NCBI RefSeq assembly: GCF_963921235.1
Contig: NC_086097.1
Span: 237,028,001-237,092,000 of the forward strand
From: Mobula hypostoma
Taxonomy: Eukaryota
Length of the DNA: 64,000 nt
Direction: 5' to 3'
Of this stretch, positions 13,190 through 26,159 are shown piece after piece (the stretch's first letter is position 1; every line of letters starts with the position of its first letter). A program made the translations under genes and the position numbers. The notes beneath the pieces were generated by a model. It saw only the letters and a program-made list of their open reading frames with translations, was not told the origin of the DNA and made no database searches.

Positions 13190-14060
13190 TTCAATATTTT
13201 CCACAGTATGTTCTAATAAAAGGTACTAATGAGTTGGCTTTGTGGTGCCTTTCCAGCCATACACCAGAATAATTGCATTTCTTTAGTAAAGGGGAGGTGT
13301 AAATGTGTATATGTTGTTTGTATACTCTACTTAAAATAGTTAGTTCTCTTTATTTTGTAATATGATTGTAACTACATTGTGGGGGGCATCATATTCTAAG
13401 CAACACACACAAAATGCTGGAGGAACTCAGATCAGGCAACATCTATGGAAAAGAGTAAACGGTCAATGGTTTGGGCTGAGACCCTTCTTCAGGACTGGAA
13501 AAGGAGGGAAGAAGTCAGAGCAAGATGGTGGGGGGAGGGGAGGAAGAAGTACAAGGTGGCAAGTGATGGGTGAAACTGGGAGAGAGGGAGCGAGTGAAGT
13601 AAAAAGCTGGGAAGCTGATTGGTGAAAGAATCATATTCTCATTTCATGTATAGTCTTTGTGTATAGTTAACTTTGTGGGAATTAAAGGTGATATGTCTTG
13701 GTGCCTAATAAACAGAGTTCATCGCCCTCAGTAGCAGACAGAGATCAGCAATGCCAGGAGCAATAGTCTTTATGGAGCTATTATTGTGCATTCCAGTAGA
13801 TATGTATGGTTATGCACTTTGGCAGAAAAAATAAACGGGCAGACTATTATTTAAATGGGGAAAGAATTCAAAGTTCTGAGATGCAACGGGACTTGGGAGT
13901 CCTCGTACAGGATACCCTTAAAGTTAACCTCCAGGTTGAGTCAGTAGTGAAGAAGGCGAATGCAATGTTGGCATTCATTTCTCGAGGAACAGAGTATAGA
14001 AGCAGGGATGTGATGTTGAGGCTCTATAAGGCGCTGGTGAGACCTCACTTGGAGTACTGT

Positions 14061-16427
14061 AAATTATTGCACTATTATTACTATTATTACTATTATTACC
14101 ATTATTACTTCTTTATTGCCAACTGCCGTCGGGACAGCAACCGTCTCGACTTCACCGCACCTTGTCCCCATTCCAACCTCACTCCTTCGGAACGCTCTGC
14201 TCTCCACTCCCTCCGCACTAATCCTAACCTTATTATTAAACCCGCTGATAAAGGGGGTGCTGTTGTAGTCTGGCGTACTGACCTCTACCTTGCCGAGGCA
14301 CAGCGACAACTCGCGGATACCTCCTCTTATTTACCCCTCGATCGTGACCCCGCTAAGGAGCACCAGGCCATTGTCTCCCACACTATCAACGACTTTATCC
14401 GCTCAGGGGATCTCCCATCCACTGCTACCAACCTTATAGTTCCCACACCCCGCACTTCCCGTTTCTACCTCCTACCCAAGATCCACAAACCTGCCTGTCC
14501 TGGCCGACCTATTGTCTCAGCTTGCTCCTGCCCCACCGAACTCGTTTCTGCATACCTCGACACTGTTTTATCACCCCTTGTTCAATCCCTTCCGACCTAT
14601 GTTCGTGACACTTCTCACGCTCTTAAACTTTTCGATGATTTTAAGTTCCCTGGCCCCCACCGCTTTATTTTCACCATGGATGTCCAGTCCTTATATACTT
14701 CCATCCCCCATCAGGAAGGTCTCAAAGCTCTACGCTTCTTTTTGGATTCCAGACCTAATCAGTTCCCCTCTACCACCACTCTGCTCCGTCTAGCGGAATT
14801 AGTCCTTACTCTTAATAATTTCTCCTTTTGCTCCTCCCATTTCCTCCAAACTAAAGGTGTAGCTATGGGCACCCGTATGGGTCCTAGCTATGCCTGCCTT
14901 TTTGTTGGGTTTGTGGAACAATCTATGTTCCGTGCCTATTCTGGTATCTGTCCCCACTTTTCCTTCGCTATATCGACGACTGCATTGGCGCTGCTTCCTG
15001 CACGCATGCAGAACTCGTTGACTTTATTAACTTTGCCTCCAACTTTCACCCTGCCCTCAAGTTTACCTGGTCCATTTCCGACACCTCCCTCCCCTTTCTA
15101 GATCTTTCTGTCTCTGTCTCTGGAGACAGCTTATCCACTGATGTCTACTATAAGCCTACTGACTCTCACAGCTATCTGGACTATTCCTCTTCTCACCCTG
15201 TCTCTTGCAAAAACGCCATCCCCTTCTCGCAATTCCTCCGTCTCCGCCACATCTGCTCTCAGGATGAGGCTTTTCATTCTAGGACGAGGGAGATGTCTTC
15301 ATTTTTTAAAGAAAGGGGCTTCCCTTCCTCCACTATCAACTCTGCTCTTAAACGCATCTCCTCCATTTCACGTACATCTGCTCTCACTCCATCCTCCCAC
15401 CACCCCACTAGGAATAGGGTTCCCCTGGTCCTCACCTACCACCCCACCGGCCTCCGGGTCCAACATATTATTCTCCGTAACTTCCGCCACCTCCAACGGG
15501 ATCCCACCACTAAGCACATCTTTCCCTCCCCGCTTCTCTCTGCATTCCGCAGGGATCGCTCCCTACACAACTCTCTTGTCCATTCGTCCCCCCCATCCCT
15601 CCCCACTGATCTCCCTCCTGGCACTTATCTGTGTAAGCGGAACAAGTGCTACACATGCCCTTACACTTCCTCCCTTACCACCATTCAGGGCCCCAAACAG
15701 TCCTTCCAGGTGAGGCATCACTTCACCTGTGAGTCGACTGGGGTGATATACTGCGTCCGGTGCTCCCGATGTGGCCTTTTATATATTGGTGAGACCCGAC
15801 GCAGACTGGGAGACCGCTTTGCTGAACATCTACGCTCTGTCCGCCAGAGAAAGCAGGATCTCCCAGTGGCCACACATTTTAATTCCACATCCCATTCCCA
15901 TTCTGACATGTCTATCCACGGCCTCCTCTACTGTAAAGATGAAGCCACACTCAGGTTGGAGGAACAACACCTTATATTCCGTCTGGGTAGCCTCCAACCT
16001 GATGGCATGAACATTGACTTCTCTAACTTCCGCTAGGCCCCACCTCCCCCTCGTACCCCAGCTGTTACTCATTTTTATGCACACATTCTTTCTCTCACTC
16101 TCCTTTTTCTCCCTCTGTCCCTCTGAATATACCTCTTGCCCATCCTCTGGGTCACCCCCCCCCCCATCTTTCTTCCCGGACCTCCTGTCCCATGATCCTC
16201 TCGTATCCCCTTTTGCCTATCACCTGTCCAGCTCTCGGCTCTATCCCTCCCCCTCCTGTCTTCTCCTATCATTTTGCATCTCCCCCTCCCCCTCCAGCTT
16301 TCAAATCCCTTACTCACTCTTCCTTCAGTTAGTCCTGACGAAGGGTCTCGGCCTGAAACGTCGACTGTGCCTCTTCCTATAGATGCTGCTTGGCCTGCTG
16401 CGTTCACCAGCAACTTTGATGTATGTT
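14061..16427 (+). mobile_element. Young, 5'-truncated Penelope-like retroelement (RT + Cys-rich linker + GIY-YIG endonuclease; Neptune-like)
   Basis: IIKPADKGGAVVV, LPKIHKP..PGRPIVS, MDVQSLYTSIP, GVAMGTRMGP, YIDD (14969-14980), CKRNKCYTC, VIYCVRCSRCGLLYIGET; stop at 16036; TSD ACTTGGAGTACTGT at 14047-14060 and 16428-16441; one 1-bp frameshift near 14952-14955. Confidence 0.92.
16331..16366 (+). ncRNA. Minimal type I hammerhead ribozyme motif in PLE 3' end
   Basis: AGUC-CUGACGA-AGG(GUCUCGG)CCU-GAAA-C-GUC-GACU: intact catalytic core, stem I AGUC/GACU, stem II AGG/CCU, loopless palindromic stem III ACGU; predicted cut after 16362. Confidence 0.8.
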
Positions 16428-18150
16428 ACTTGGAGTACTGTGGGTAGTTTTAGTCTCCTTATTTAAGAAAGGATGTGCTGATGTTGGAGAGGGTACAGAG
16501 AAGATTCACTAGAATGACTCTGGGAATGAGAGGGTTAACATATGAGGAACGTTTGTCCGCTCTTGGACTGTATTCCTTGGAGTTTAGAAGAATGAGGAGA
16601 GACCTCATAGAAACATTTCGAATGTTAAAAGGCATGGACAGAGTGGATGTGGCAAAGTTGTTTCCCATGATGGGGGAGTCTAGTATGAGAGGGCATGACT
16701 TAAGGATTGAAGGGCGCCCATTCAGAACAGAAATGCGAAGAAATTTTTTTAGTCAGAGGGTGGTGAATCTATGGAATTTGTTGCCATGGGCAGCAGTGGA
16801 GGTCAAGTCATTGGGTGTATTTAAGGCAGAGATTGTTAGGTATCTGAGTAGCCAGGGCATCAAAGGTTATGGTGAGAAGGCAGGGGAGTGGGACTAAATA
16901 GGAGAAAATGGATCAGCTCATGATAAAATAGCGGAGCAGACTCGATGGGCCGAATGGCCGACTTCTGCTCCTTTGTCTTATGGTCTTATGGTCTATATCT
17001 TTTTGAAAATACTGGAAATTTTCTTTTCACTATTTTTGCTAATTTTTTTAAGTTTGATTTTCGATGCAACTAATAAACACCCTTGCACTAAAGTGCTAAG
17101 CAACTGCAGTCATTTTTCTTTCAATCATAACCCACATATCTAATGCCTGTAAAGGCCTATAAAAAAGCAAATCTCAAGGTAGTCATTGGTGTCATATACA
17201 CACTTCAGAAGTTCAAAGTTCAAAGTAAATTTATTATTAAAGTACTGAACTGTCACCATTTAGACCCCTGACATTCATTGTCTTGCGGGCAATCACAGTA
17301 ATTCCATAGCACACAAAACACAACAGAATCAATGAATGACCACACCAACTGTGACTTTGACTTTGTAATTTAATTCCATGTATTCACGCTGTTAACATAA
17401 TCATTAATAACCTGAGTTAACAAAAACCTATGAGTGAGCCTTTTCAGTTCAATCAGCCTCTGTGTTTCAGGCATGTTCCAGTTGTTCTCTACCCTTTGTG
17501 GCTCTGCTTACTTATTTGGTCTTTGCTATGGAACAGATCTTACATTAAGTCACAAGACTGGGATATTTTTGACTGTTGATCTCCAGGATGCAATGCTGAC
17601 TGTGACTCAAACAAAAGCTGGCCAGTTGCAAATTATCCTGAAGCGGAAGTGCTGGATAGACAAGGGAAGCAAGAATTGTTGACAAGGCCTGTCTCCTTCT
17701 TAATATTATTTCGATACCCACGTTGAACCTGCCTTCTTATGATCAAAACATATTAATGATTATTGCAATATTGTCTGAAAGTTCATCAGAGAATGACAAA
17801 CACCCCAAACTTTCCTCCAATCATCTTGAAATTATTCCTTCTTGTTTGATGTTGTGATGTTAGCCGAGCTTGGCAATTAGCTTGCACCTCTTGTATTAGC
17901 CGTTCCTGCTCGGAGAAAAAGCTCTCTGACTATCTACTCGATCTATGCCTCTTATCATCTTGAATACCTTTATCAAGTTGCCTCTCATTTTTCTTCGCTC
18001 CAAAGAGAAAAGCCCAACCTATCTCAATGAGTAGATTATTTGGGAATCTAATGCCCTTTCTTACTTTATAACTGGTTTTATATTTCTCTTTTCAGAATGT
18101 GGGAAGGACTACAATTACTTGGAAGACTTTATTAAAGGGATCTGCCTTAC

Positions 18151-18333
18151 CTTTGCACTCTGGCTGTTTCCCTGACCAGGTGCTATTGGAAAGACAAGCT
18201 CGTTCAGCAGAGCCATGCAGAACATATCCCGTGAGACAAGAAACGCGCACAACACCCTTAACCCGGAATTCACTCTTCTCTCTTGAACCGTGTGCTGGAA
18301 TGCCAGGGTCACCACATTTTCCCACTGTATCCC
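18151..18333 (-). CDS. CSMD3: CSMD3 coding exon (Sushi domain), last exon recognised in window
   Basis: 183 bp, tgcag|GG...AAAG|gtaagg; GDTVGKCGDPGIPAHGSREKSEFRVKGVVRVSCLTGYVLHGSAERACLSNSTWSGKQPECK. Confidence 0.93.
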
Positions 18334-20397
18334 CTGCAAAATAACATAAAATCAAGATTAAGAAATTTTTATAAAAAAATTAAAATATTCAATAAAGGAA
18401 ACTAACATGGTTATAAATTTAGCATCAGGGCAAGGAATCAACATTCTTTTTCATTAATTACCTTTGCATATACTGCTAACATCCAGTAACACAACAGTGT
18501 ATCTCCATTCTGGAATTGGTTGAAAACACATAGCAATTATTGCCTAAAATTTATCCTCCGTAGCTAGAGTCTCATGGTTATGTCAATTCTGACATTACAT
18601 CTTCCTCAAATGGATTTTAACTCCCTTTCAATTATGCATCTTTTTTCACGCTGCATAAATATATCTTGTTTAAAAGCAATCTCTTCAAAATATGCAAATT
18701 ATAAAAAAAGTCATGGGGAGTGTATAGAACTCCCTGCCAGGGTGGTAATAGAGGTAGATGTATTAGGGTCATTAAGAAACTATGCAGGAGGGATGGGTTG
18801 ATCTTAGAGTACGTTAAAGGTTGGGCACAATATTGTGGGCCAAAGGGCCTGTATGTTGTTGTTATGTTCTGTGAGAGAAACCTGACACCATTCAATAGAC
18901 TTGTATCGGGGTTGTAGAATAATTTCATGATACTATGATCCTCGGAAAGATCGAGTAGATTGCTCAGTTTGGGGATTAGATATAAAATGATGGCCGCAAT
19001 TATTTCATTTGTGAGTTTGTAAAGTCTTATCTGAAAGGTCACGTTAGGGTGCTTGGTGTAAAATCTGCAAAGAATTTCATATCAAAGCATTGCAGGGTAA
19101 ATGGCCCATTAAAGTTCAAAGGAAATTCCCAAAGTTTAAAGTAAATTTATTATCAAAGTACATACAGTATGTGTCACCATACACAGCACTGCAATTTATT
19201 TTCTTGTAGGCATTCACAGTAGAACAAAGAAATACATTAGAATCAATGAAAAATTGCGCACTGAGGGTGGAGGAGCAATGCTTTATATTCTGTCTGCGTA
19301 GCCTCCAACTGATGGCATGAATATCAATTTCTCCTCAGGTAAAAAAATAAATTTTCCCTCTATTCCTGTTCCTCCTTCTATTTCTATTTCTCCTATGGTC
19401 CACTCTCCTCTTCTATCAGATTCCTTCTTCTCCAGCCCTTTACCTTTCCCACCCACCTGGCTTTACCTATCACCTTCCCCTACCATCCCCCATCTTCTTA
19501 TTCTGGCATCTTGCCCATTCCTTTCCAGTCCTGATGAAGGGTCTTTCTTGGCTCAAAGCCTTGATTGTTTATTCATTTTCATAGATGCTACCTGATATGC
19601 TGAGTTCTTCCAGCATTTTGTGTGTGTTGCGAGAAACTATGAAGACTTACAAACATCCAAATGTGCAAAGAAGCCAACTTGTGCAAATACAAAAAAGCTA
19701 ATAATAACAATAACCTAATAAGTAAAATTAATACTGGGAACATGACTTGTAGAGTCCTCGAAAGTGAGTCATTAAGATCTAAAATATCAGTAGGATCTTT
19801 ATCTTCTTTAAGAATTAAAGAAATAGAGGCCTTATAATATCATGCAAAAAGAAAAGCAACTTATTGAAAGTTAACAATTATTTCCGTTGAAAATAAAGAA
19901 TGAGAATGAATTAAACACTGATTGCATACATGATATAGTTAATTATTTCCATTCTCATTTTGAACTTTCAGAGGGTGACATTATTTGAAAGACATGAGGG
20001 ATTCTGTAGATACTGAAAATCCATAGCAATACACAAAAAACATACACTTGTCTCATCATTAAAATGTTCCCATAACTATGGACACACTTTCAAAGACGCT
20101 TCATCATCCGTTCTCGATATTTAATGCTTAGTTACTTATTATTATTGTTTCTTACTTTTCTACTTGCACAGTTTCTAACCTTCTGCCCTTTGGTTGAATG
20201 CCCTGGTTGGGCGGTCCTTCATTATAGTTATTATAGAAAACTATCTATATTATTCTGTTATATTATTATTATTCCATAGATTTATTGAGCATGCTCACAA
20301 GAAAATGAATCTCAGGGTTGTATATGGTGACATATATGTACCTTGATAATAAAATTTACTTTGATCTTTGAAAATACTGTGGGCCAAAGTTTCATTG

Positions 20398-21075
20398 AGG
20401 GAGGAGAAGATGGCGGCACTACGCAGCTCGCAGCAGCAACTCCCTTGGTGATGTCTGTTATTTGTCAAGTAGGGTGCCGTGCACAATCCTGATTTGATGG
20501 AGACGGACGTGAGAGTATGGAGGAACATCTGGTGAAACTTCTGAAATGCCTGCTTCGCTGCTGCTGCTACTGTGTGGTCCAGAATCTCCAGAGGGGAAGG
20601 CCCCGCGTCCTCGGCTTTGCTTATTGCTTGGTGGCTGGGGCGGGGTCGAAGTGCTCGGCAGAGGATGGCGCTCCGAGAGGCTGTGTCGGAGGGGCTGGTC
20701 GGAGGCTTGAAGTTTTCAGACAGACTCAAGAGTCCGCTGCGGTCGGGTGCTTCCAATGGTGCTGCATCGGCGAGTTTGCGGCGCTTGGAGGTTCATGGCA
20801 GGGAGAGTTCCTCCCTTCTGCCGCCTGCGTGAGATGATGAGGCTATCGGGACTTTGAGTCTTTTTTTTACCATGTCCATGGTCTGCTCTTTATCAAATTA
20901 TGATATTGCTTTGCACTGTTGTAACGACATGTTATAATTATGTGGTTTTCTAAGATTGTCCTGTGTTTTCTTGTGTTATCATTCCGGAGGAACGTTGTAT
21001 CATTTTTTAATGCATGCATTTCTAAATGACAATAAACAAGGACTGAGTGGCCTCATAATCTAATGTAATCTAATC
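20398..21075 (+). mobile_element. CpG-rich non-coding interspersed element, probably a non-autonomous non-LTR element
   Basis: Starts GGGAGGAGAAGATGGCGG (YY1-like motif), CpG-rich body, ends AATAAA then (ctaat)n. Confidence 0.5.
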
Positions 21076-22219
21076 GAATACTGGAGGAACTCAGCAGGTC
21101 AGGCAGTATCTATGGAGGGAAACGAACGGTCAGCATCTTGGGAAAAGGCTCTTCATCAGGACTGGAAAGAAAGTGGGGAGATAGTCTATTTAAACAGGTG
21201 GATGAAGAGGTGAAGCAAAAACTGGCAGGCAATACGTGGATCCAGAGAGAGGGGTGAGGGTAAGAGGCAATAGAGTGAAAGGGAGAGTGGGAATGATGTA
21301 AGAAGCTAGGAGGAGATAGGTGGAAGTGACAAAGGGCTGGAGAAACTAGGAGATGATAGGAGAGAACAGTACACCATGGAATAAAGTGGAGGAGGTGATG
21401 AGGAGAACCAGAATGAGGAATAAATGGCTAATGGGCAGATTTAGAGGGCACAGAGGAAAAGAGATGGGATGATGGGCTCGATGGGATAAGGAAAATAAAG
21501 GGGCAGATGGGAGTGGTACCTCCAGTAGGAAGTTAAAGAAGTCAATGTTCATGCCATCTGGTTTAAGACTATTCAGGCAGAATGCCTCAAAAGGGCAACA
21601 TCTATCATCAAAGAAACCCACCATCTAAGCCATGACATCTCACAACTACCATCAGGTAGCACATACATGAGCTTGAAGTCCCACACCATCGGGTTCAAGA
21701 ACGGCTACTTCCTTTCAAACAGACTGCTCCTGATGCAACCAACAAAAACCTAATCACTACAGTTTAGTAACACTGCGACCATTTTGACCACCTGATTCTA
21801 AAATCATATTTTTTTTGTTCTAGTTGTGTTTTTCTTGTAAATATTTGTGTTTGATTAATTTCAATGTAAATATTTTGATTAACTTATGTTTTTTCTTGTG
21901 AATACTGCTAATATGATGTAATGTCCCCATGATACTGCTGCAAATAAATTTTTCATTTCACCTGTGTATGCAAGTTCAACTGACAATAAATTCAGCTTTG
22001 ACTTGAATTTGTGTCTAGCCTCAGCTTGGTAGAAGCGGAAGCCTTGGACAGACGTATCAATATGAAAATGGGAAATGGAATTAAAATGGCTGGTCTTCAG
22101 AAGATCCTGGCTGGTATGGGATGAAGGTGCTTGGCATTGTGATCCCCTAACCTGCGTTGGGTCTCACTGATGTAGAGGAGGCTAAACTGAGAGCACTGGA
22201 TGCAATAAATCAATAAATG

Positions 22220-23081
22220 TAGTACTGTGCAAAAATTTTAGGCACTAGGGTGTCTAAGACTTTTGTACAGTACTGTATTTATCAATGTGGAGCAGAGAAC
22301 TAGTTGGCAAATCAGGCGGGAACAAAGGATGTTGGGACCGGTCAGGGTGGAGTAATATGGGAGGGATGTGAGACAGGTGGCAGAGGAGGAGTGCCAGGGG
22401 CGGAGATAGCATGAATGCAGATATACACAGCCCTGAGGCACCAGGCAAGGTCATTCGATTTCAAACAATTGGTTTATTGATTATTACAGAACGTCTCACT
22501 GGATTACCGAATGCTGAAAGGACTAGATAGGGTGGATGTGGAGAGGATGTTTCCTATGGTGGGGGTATCCAGAACTAGAGGGCACAGCCTCAAAATTGAG
22601 GGGCAACCCTTTAGAACAGAGGTAAGGAGGAAGTTTTTTAGCCAGAGAGTAGTAAATCTGTGGAATGCTCTGCCATAGACTACGGTGGAGGCCAAGTTTA
22701 TGGGTATATTTAAGGCAAAAGTTGGTAGTTTTCTAATTGGTCAGGGCATCAAAGGATATGGTGAGAAGTCAGGTGTTTGGGGTTGGGTGGAATCTGGGAT
22801 CAGCCGTGATGGAATGACAGAGCAGACTCGATGAACTGAATGGCCAACTTCTGCTCCTATGTCTTATGGTCTCTTTCTGTTCCCTCTCCTCTCCCTTCCT
22901 AACCATCATTCTCCACTCTGCCCTCTTCCCACTCTCAGTCCACAATGGAGACCCATATCAGAATCAAGTTTATCATCACTCACAAATGTCATGAAATTAG
23001 TTTTAAAATTCTACAGTACTGTGCAAAAGTCTTTTGCACCAGAGCTATATATTGTGCCTAAGACTTTTGCACAGTACTGTA
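22220..23081. mobile_element. Tc1/mariner-type MITE with palindromic ends; CR1 piece inserted at about 22505-22870
   Basis: (TA)CAGTACTGTGCAAAAGTCTT..GCAC motif occurs in both orientations at each end. Confidence 0.75.
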
Positions 23082-23199
23082 AAATTTACTTGGAAGAACA
23101 GAACTTTGTTTGAGACGTTCCTCAGTCAAGGCAAGGATACTGAGTATATTTATCAATCTCACTTATGCACATTGCTGATAGCACAACTGCTACCACTCT

Positions 23200-23535
23200 A
23201 ATTCAAAACCACTTTTGTAATATTTCAGCGAAGTGTGCTAACGTAATATAGATGTAGTTTGAGGAAATCTGTTCAAGAGGAAGATACGCCGCACGAAAAC
23301 AACTTCCACAGAGAAAAAGTGGCAGTTGAGAAAGGTGAAACTGAGCAACCAGAAGACCCAACCACGAACCACAGCCACCTATTTGTCTTGTCCACACTGC
23401 GTCAGAATATGGTCTCTATAGTCACCCGAGGTCCCACGAATAGACAACCCCTGAGGAGAACATCACCCCCGACTCGAGTGATCGCTCTACTACCACTACG
23501 ACGACTACTCCTACTACTACAACTAGTACTACTAT
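23200..23535 (+). mobile_element. Probable RTE LINE 3' end with (CTA)n-type tail
   Basis: Decayed C-terminal CPHC..GLYSH-like motif followed by a CTA/CGA repeat; related sequence at about 32290-32680. Confidence 0.55.
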
Positions 23536-26159
23536 TAATATACTATATAAATTCACGACTTACATGCATTGATTATGATTATATGATATATTGATAATAT
23601 GATCTAAAATGTCCGTAACGTTTTTAAATATTCAGGCCACATTAATCAGAAATCCGTTTGCATTAACAATTTCCCTTCAGTTAAATGACTTCCTTTGCAT
23701 CTTTCTTAATATGTAAATTACAAATTTAATGGAACTATATGTATGCCATGTTTTTTTCATTACAATTGTTTGCTGGAGTCGAACATTCTCTCGTGGAGTA
23801 AGTCTCACATAAAGTAAGTTAATGCCTGTAAATAAACTCACAAAGGAGGCTGCCAAAATCACTGCTTCCTTTCAGGATGCTTGTGCAAACAAAGCAAGTC
23901 AAACTGTCTCCAGGAATCTGAACCTGAAGCATTAAGCCGTTATCTCCTTGAAAAATGTCGTACTCTTGTAGCTTCAAAGGAAATATATGTATTTAAAAGT
24001 TAGTAGTGACATTCAGATGTTATTTCCATTTGTTCAGAATAGGAAACATGATAATTCTTATTTTTGCCTGTCAGTTTGATTTTGCTGTGAAATGCTGAAG
24101 TAAAGACAATGAAACCACTGTCACATGAAAGCAGACTCTATTCTTTCAGTAGCATCTCAGCAGAAGTGTCAGGTAAACAACTCACAATTAAGTTTTCAAT
24201 GGATTGGATGAAGGTTCATAGTTCAGAGTCAATTCATGATCAAAGTAGGTACATGACATCATACTCTACTCTGAGATCCATTTTCTTTCAGGCATTCACA
24301 GTAGAACAGACAAAAATTACACACAAAGACCGACAACCAATATGCAAAGGAAAACAAACTGCACAAATACAAAATAAACTAATAATAAAAATATAAATAA
24401 TACTGAGAACGAGTTGTAGAGTCCTTGAAAGTGTGTCTATAGGTTGTGGAATCAGTTCATTGTTGAGATGAGTGAGGTTATCCATGCTGGTTTAGAAGCC
24501 TGATAGTTGAGGGGTAATAAATGATCCTGAACCTGATGGTGTAGGGCTAGAGGCTCCTGTACCTTCTTCAAGATGGCAACAGCAAGAAGAGAGCATGGAC
24601 TAGATGGTGGGAATCCTTAATGATGGATGTTGCTTTCTTCTGGCAGCTCTTCGTGTAGAAGGTGGCAATAAAGAATAGAATTTCACCTTTGGTCATAGAG
24701 TCATAGAATAATATAGCACAGCAAGAGGCACTTCAGTCCAACTACTGACCACCTGCTAGTCCTAGTTGCCCCCATTCAGTCCTCCAAACTCTTCCTTTCA
24801 TTGTATCTATCACTGCTGTAGTGCTTTTATACTTTTATAAAAGCATTTTTACCAAGTACTTTTATATTTAAAATAAGGGCCAGCATTCCATTATTCTTCC
24901 CTATTATCTTCTGCAATTGTGTGCTATTTTCCTGCATTGCATACATCTTCCTCATTCTGTGCCGTGGTTGTTCTTGGCAAATTTTTCTACAGAAGTGGTT
25001 TGCCATTGCCTTCTTCCGGGCAGCGTCTTTACAAGATGGGTGACCTCAGCCATCATCAATACTCTTCAGAGTTTGTCTGCCTGGTCGCATACCAAGGACT
25101 TGTGAAATGTACCAGCTGCTCATACAACCATTCACCACCCACTCTCATGGCTTCACATGACCCTGATCAGGAGGCTAAGCAACTGCTACACCTTGCCCAA
25201 GGGTGAGCAGAGAGAAGGAGGGCCTTGTACCTCCCTTGATAGAGATGTATCTCCACCCCGCCACCCAGTTACATATATAAGGGCCTTTAAGTCACTTTGT
25301 ACTGTGGCTTTCTGAGGATTTCCTCTATTTTAATTTATACTCTGATCTTTTATTTTTACTTCCAAAAATGAAAAATATCACATTTTCCCCATATACTTGA
25401 TTTGCCAACTCTCTGCTCAAACACACCACGAAGTGTCCATAAACTTTATCTTCCGCTCAACTTTCCTTCTCACCTATTTTAGTGTCATCTGCAAGTTTTG
25501 TTCCTGTGCAATCATTTACTTCCTCCAACTGTGAGCAATGTAATCCCAATTCAACTTGGTGGTATCTCAATGGTCAAAGAATGTGAACATTTTATCTACT
25601 CAGTGCTTGCTAACTGTTAGCTAATCTTTCTGAGCTAATCCATGCCAGTACATTATCTAAACACCATGAGCCCTTATTTTGAGCCATTTCTGAGCCACGC
25701 AGATTCCACAGCCAAGAAATTGGACCGAGGGCTCTACTGTCCCAGGAGCCTTCAGGAATTTCTCATGCCTTATCGACCCTTACCAAATTTTAGTGATGCA
25801 CCAAAGACACCATCCTATCTAGATGCATAATGGCTTTGTTTGGCAACTGCACTATACACGACAGCAAGAAACAGAAGAATTGTGGACATAGGCCAGCACA
25901 TCAGGGGAACAAGCCTCCCCTCTGTTGACTCTGTTTATACTTCTTGCTGCCTCAGTAGAGCAGCCAGCATCATCAAGGACTCCACCTGCCTCAGACATTC
26001 TCCTCCCTTCTCTTCCTTCTCCCGTTAGGCAGCAGATCCAAAGGCTTAAATGCACATGCCACTAGGCTCAAGAACAGCTTCAACCCCACTGTTATAGGAC
26101 TATTAAATTGTTCCTAGTACAAAAAGATTTATTCTTGAGTTCTCAACCTACCTCATTAT

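Larger units (their letters stand above)
13803..16995 (+). mobile_element. CR1 LINE 3' fragment, host of the young PLE
   Basis: VMHFGRKN..RDLGVLV..LYKALVRPHLEYC, resuming after 16441 as LERVQRRFTRM..RRMRRDLIE; (tcttatgg)n tail. Confidence 0.9.

Noticed and set aside
13806..15101. 431-aa ORF as a novel host gene or domesticated fusion RT
   Set aside because: It is a chance in-frame join of a CR1 fragment, a junction microsatellite and a truncated PLE, shown by the flanking TSD; it leaves the RT frame before YIDD
20295..20837. Overlapping 86-153 aa ORFs or a host CpG-island promoter
   Set aside because: No recognisable domain; GC-rich body of an interspersed element with a simple-repeat tail, deep in an intron
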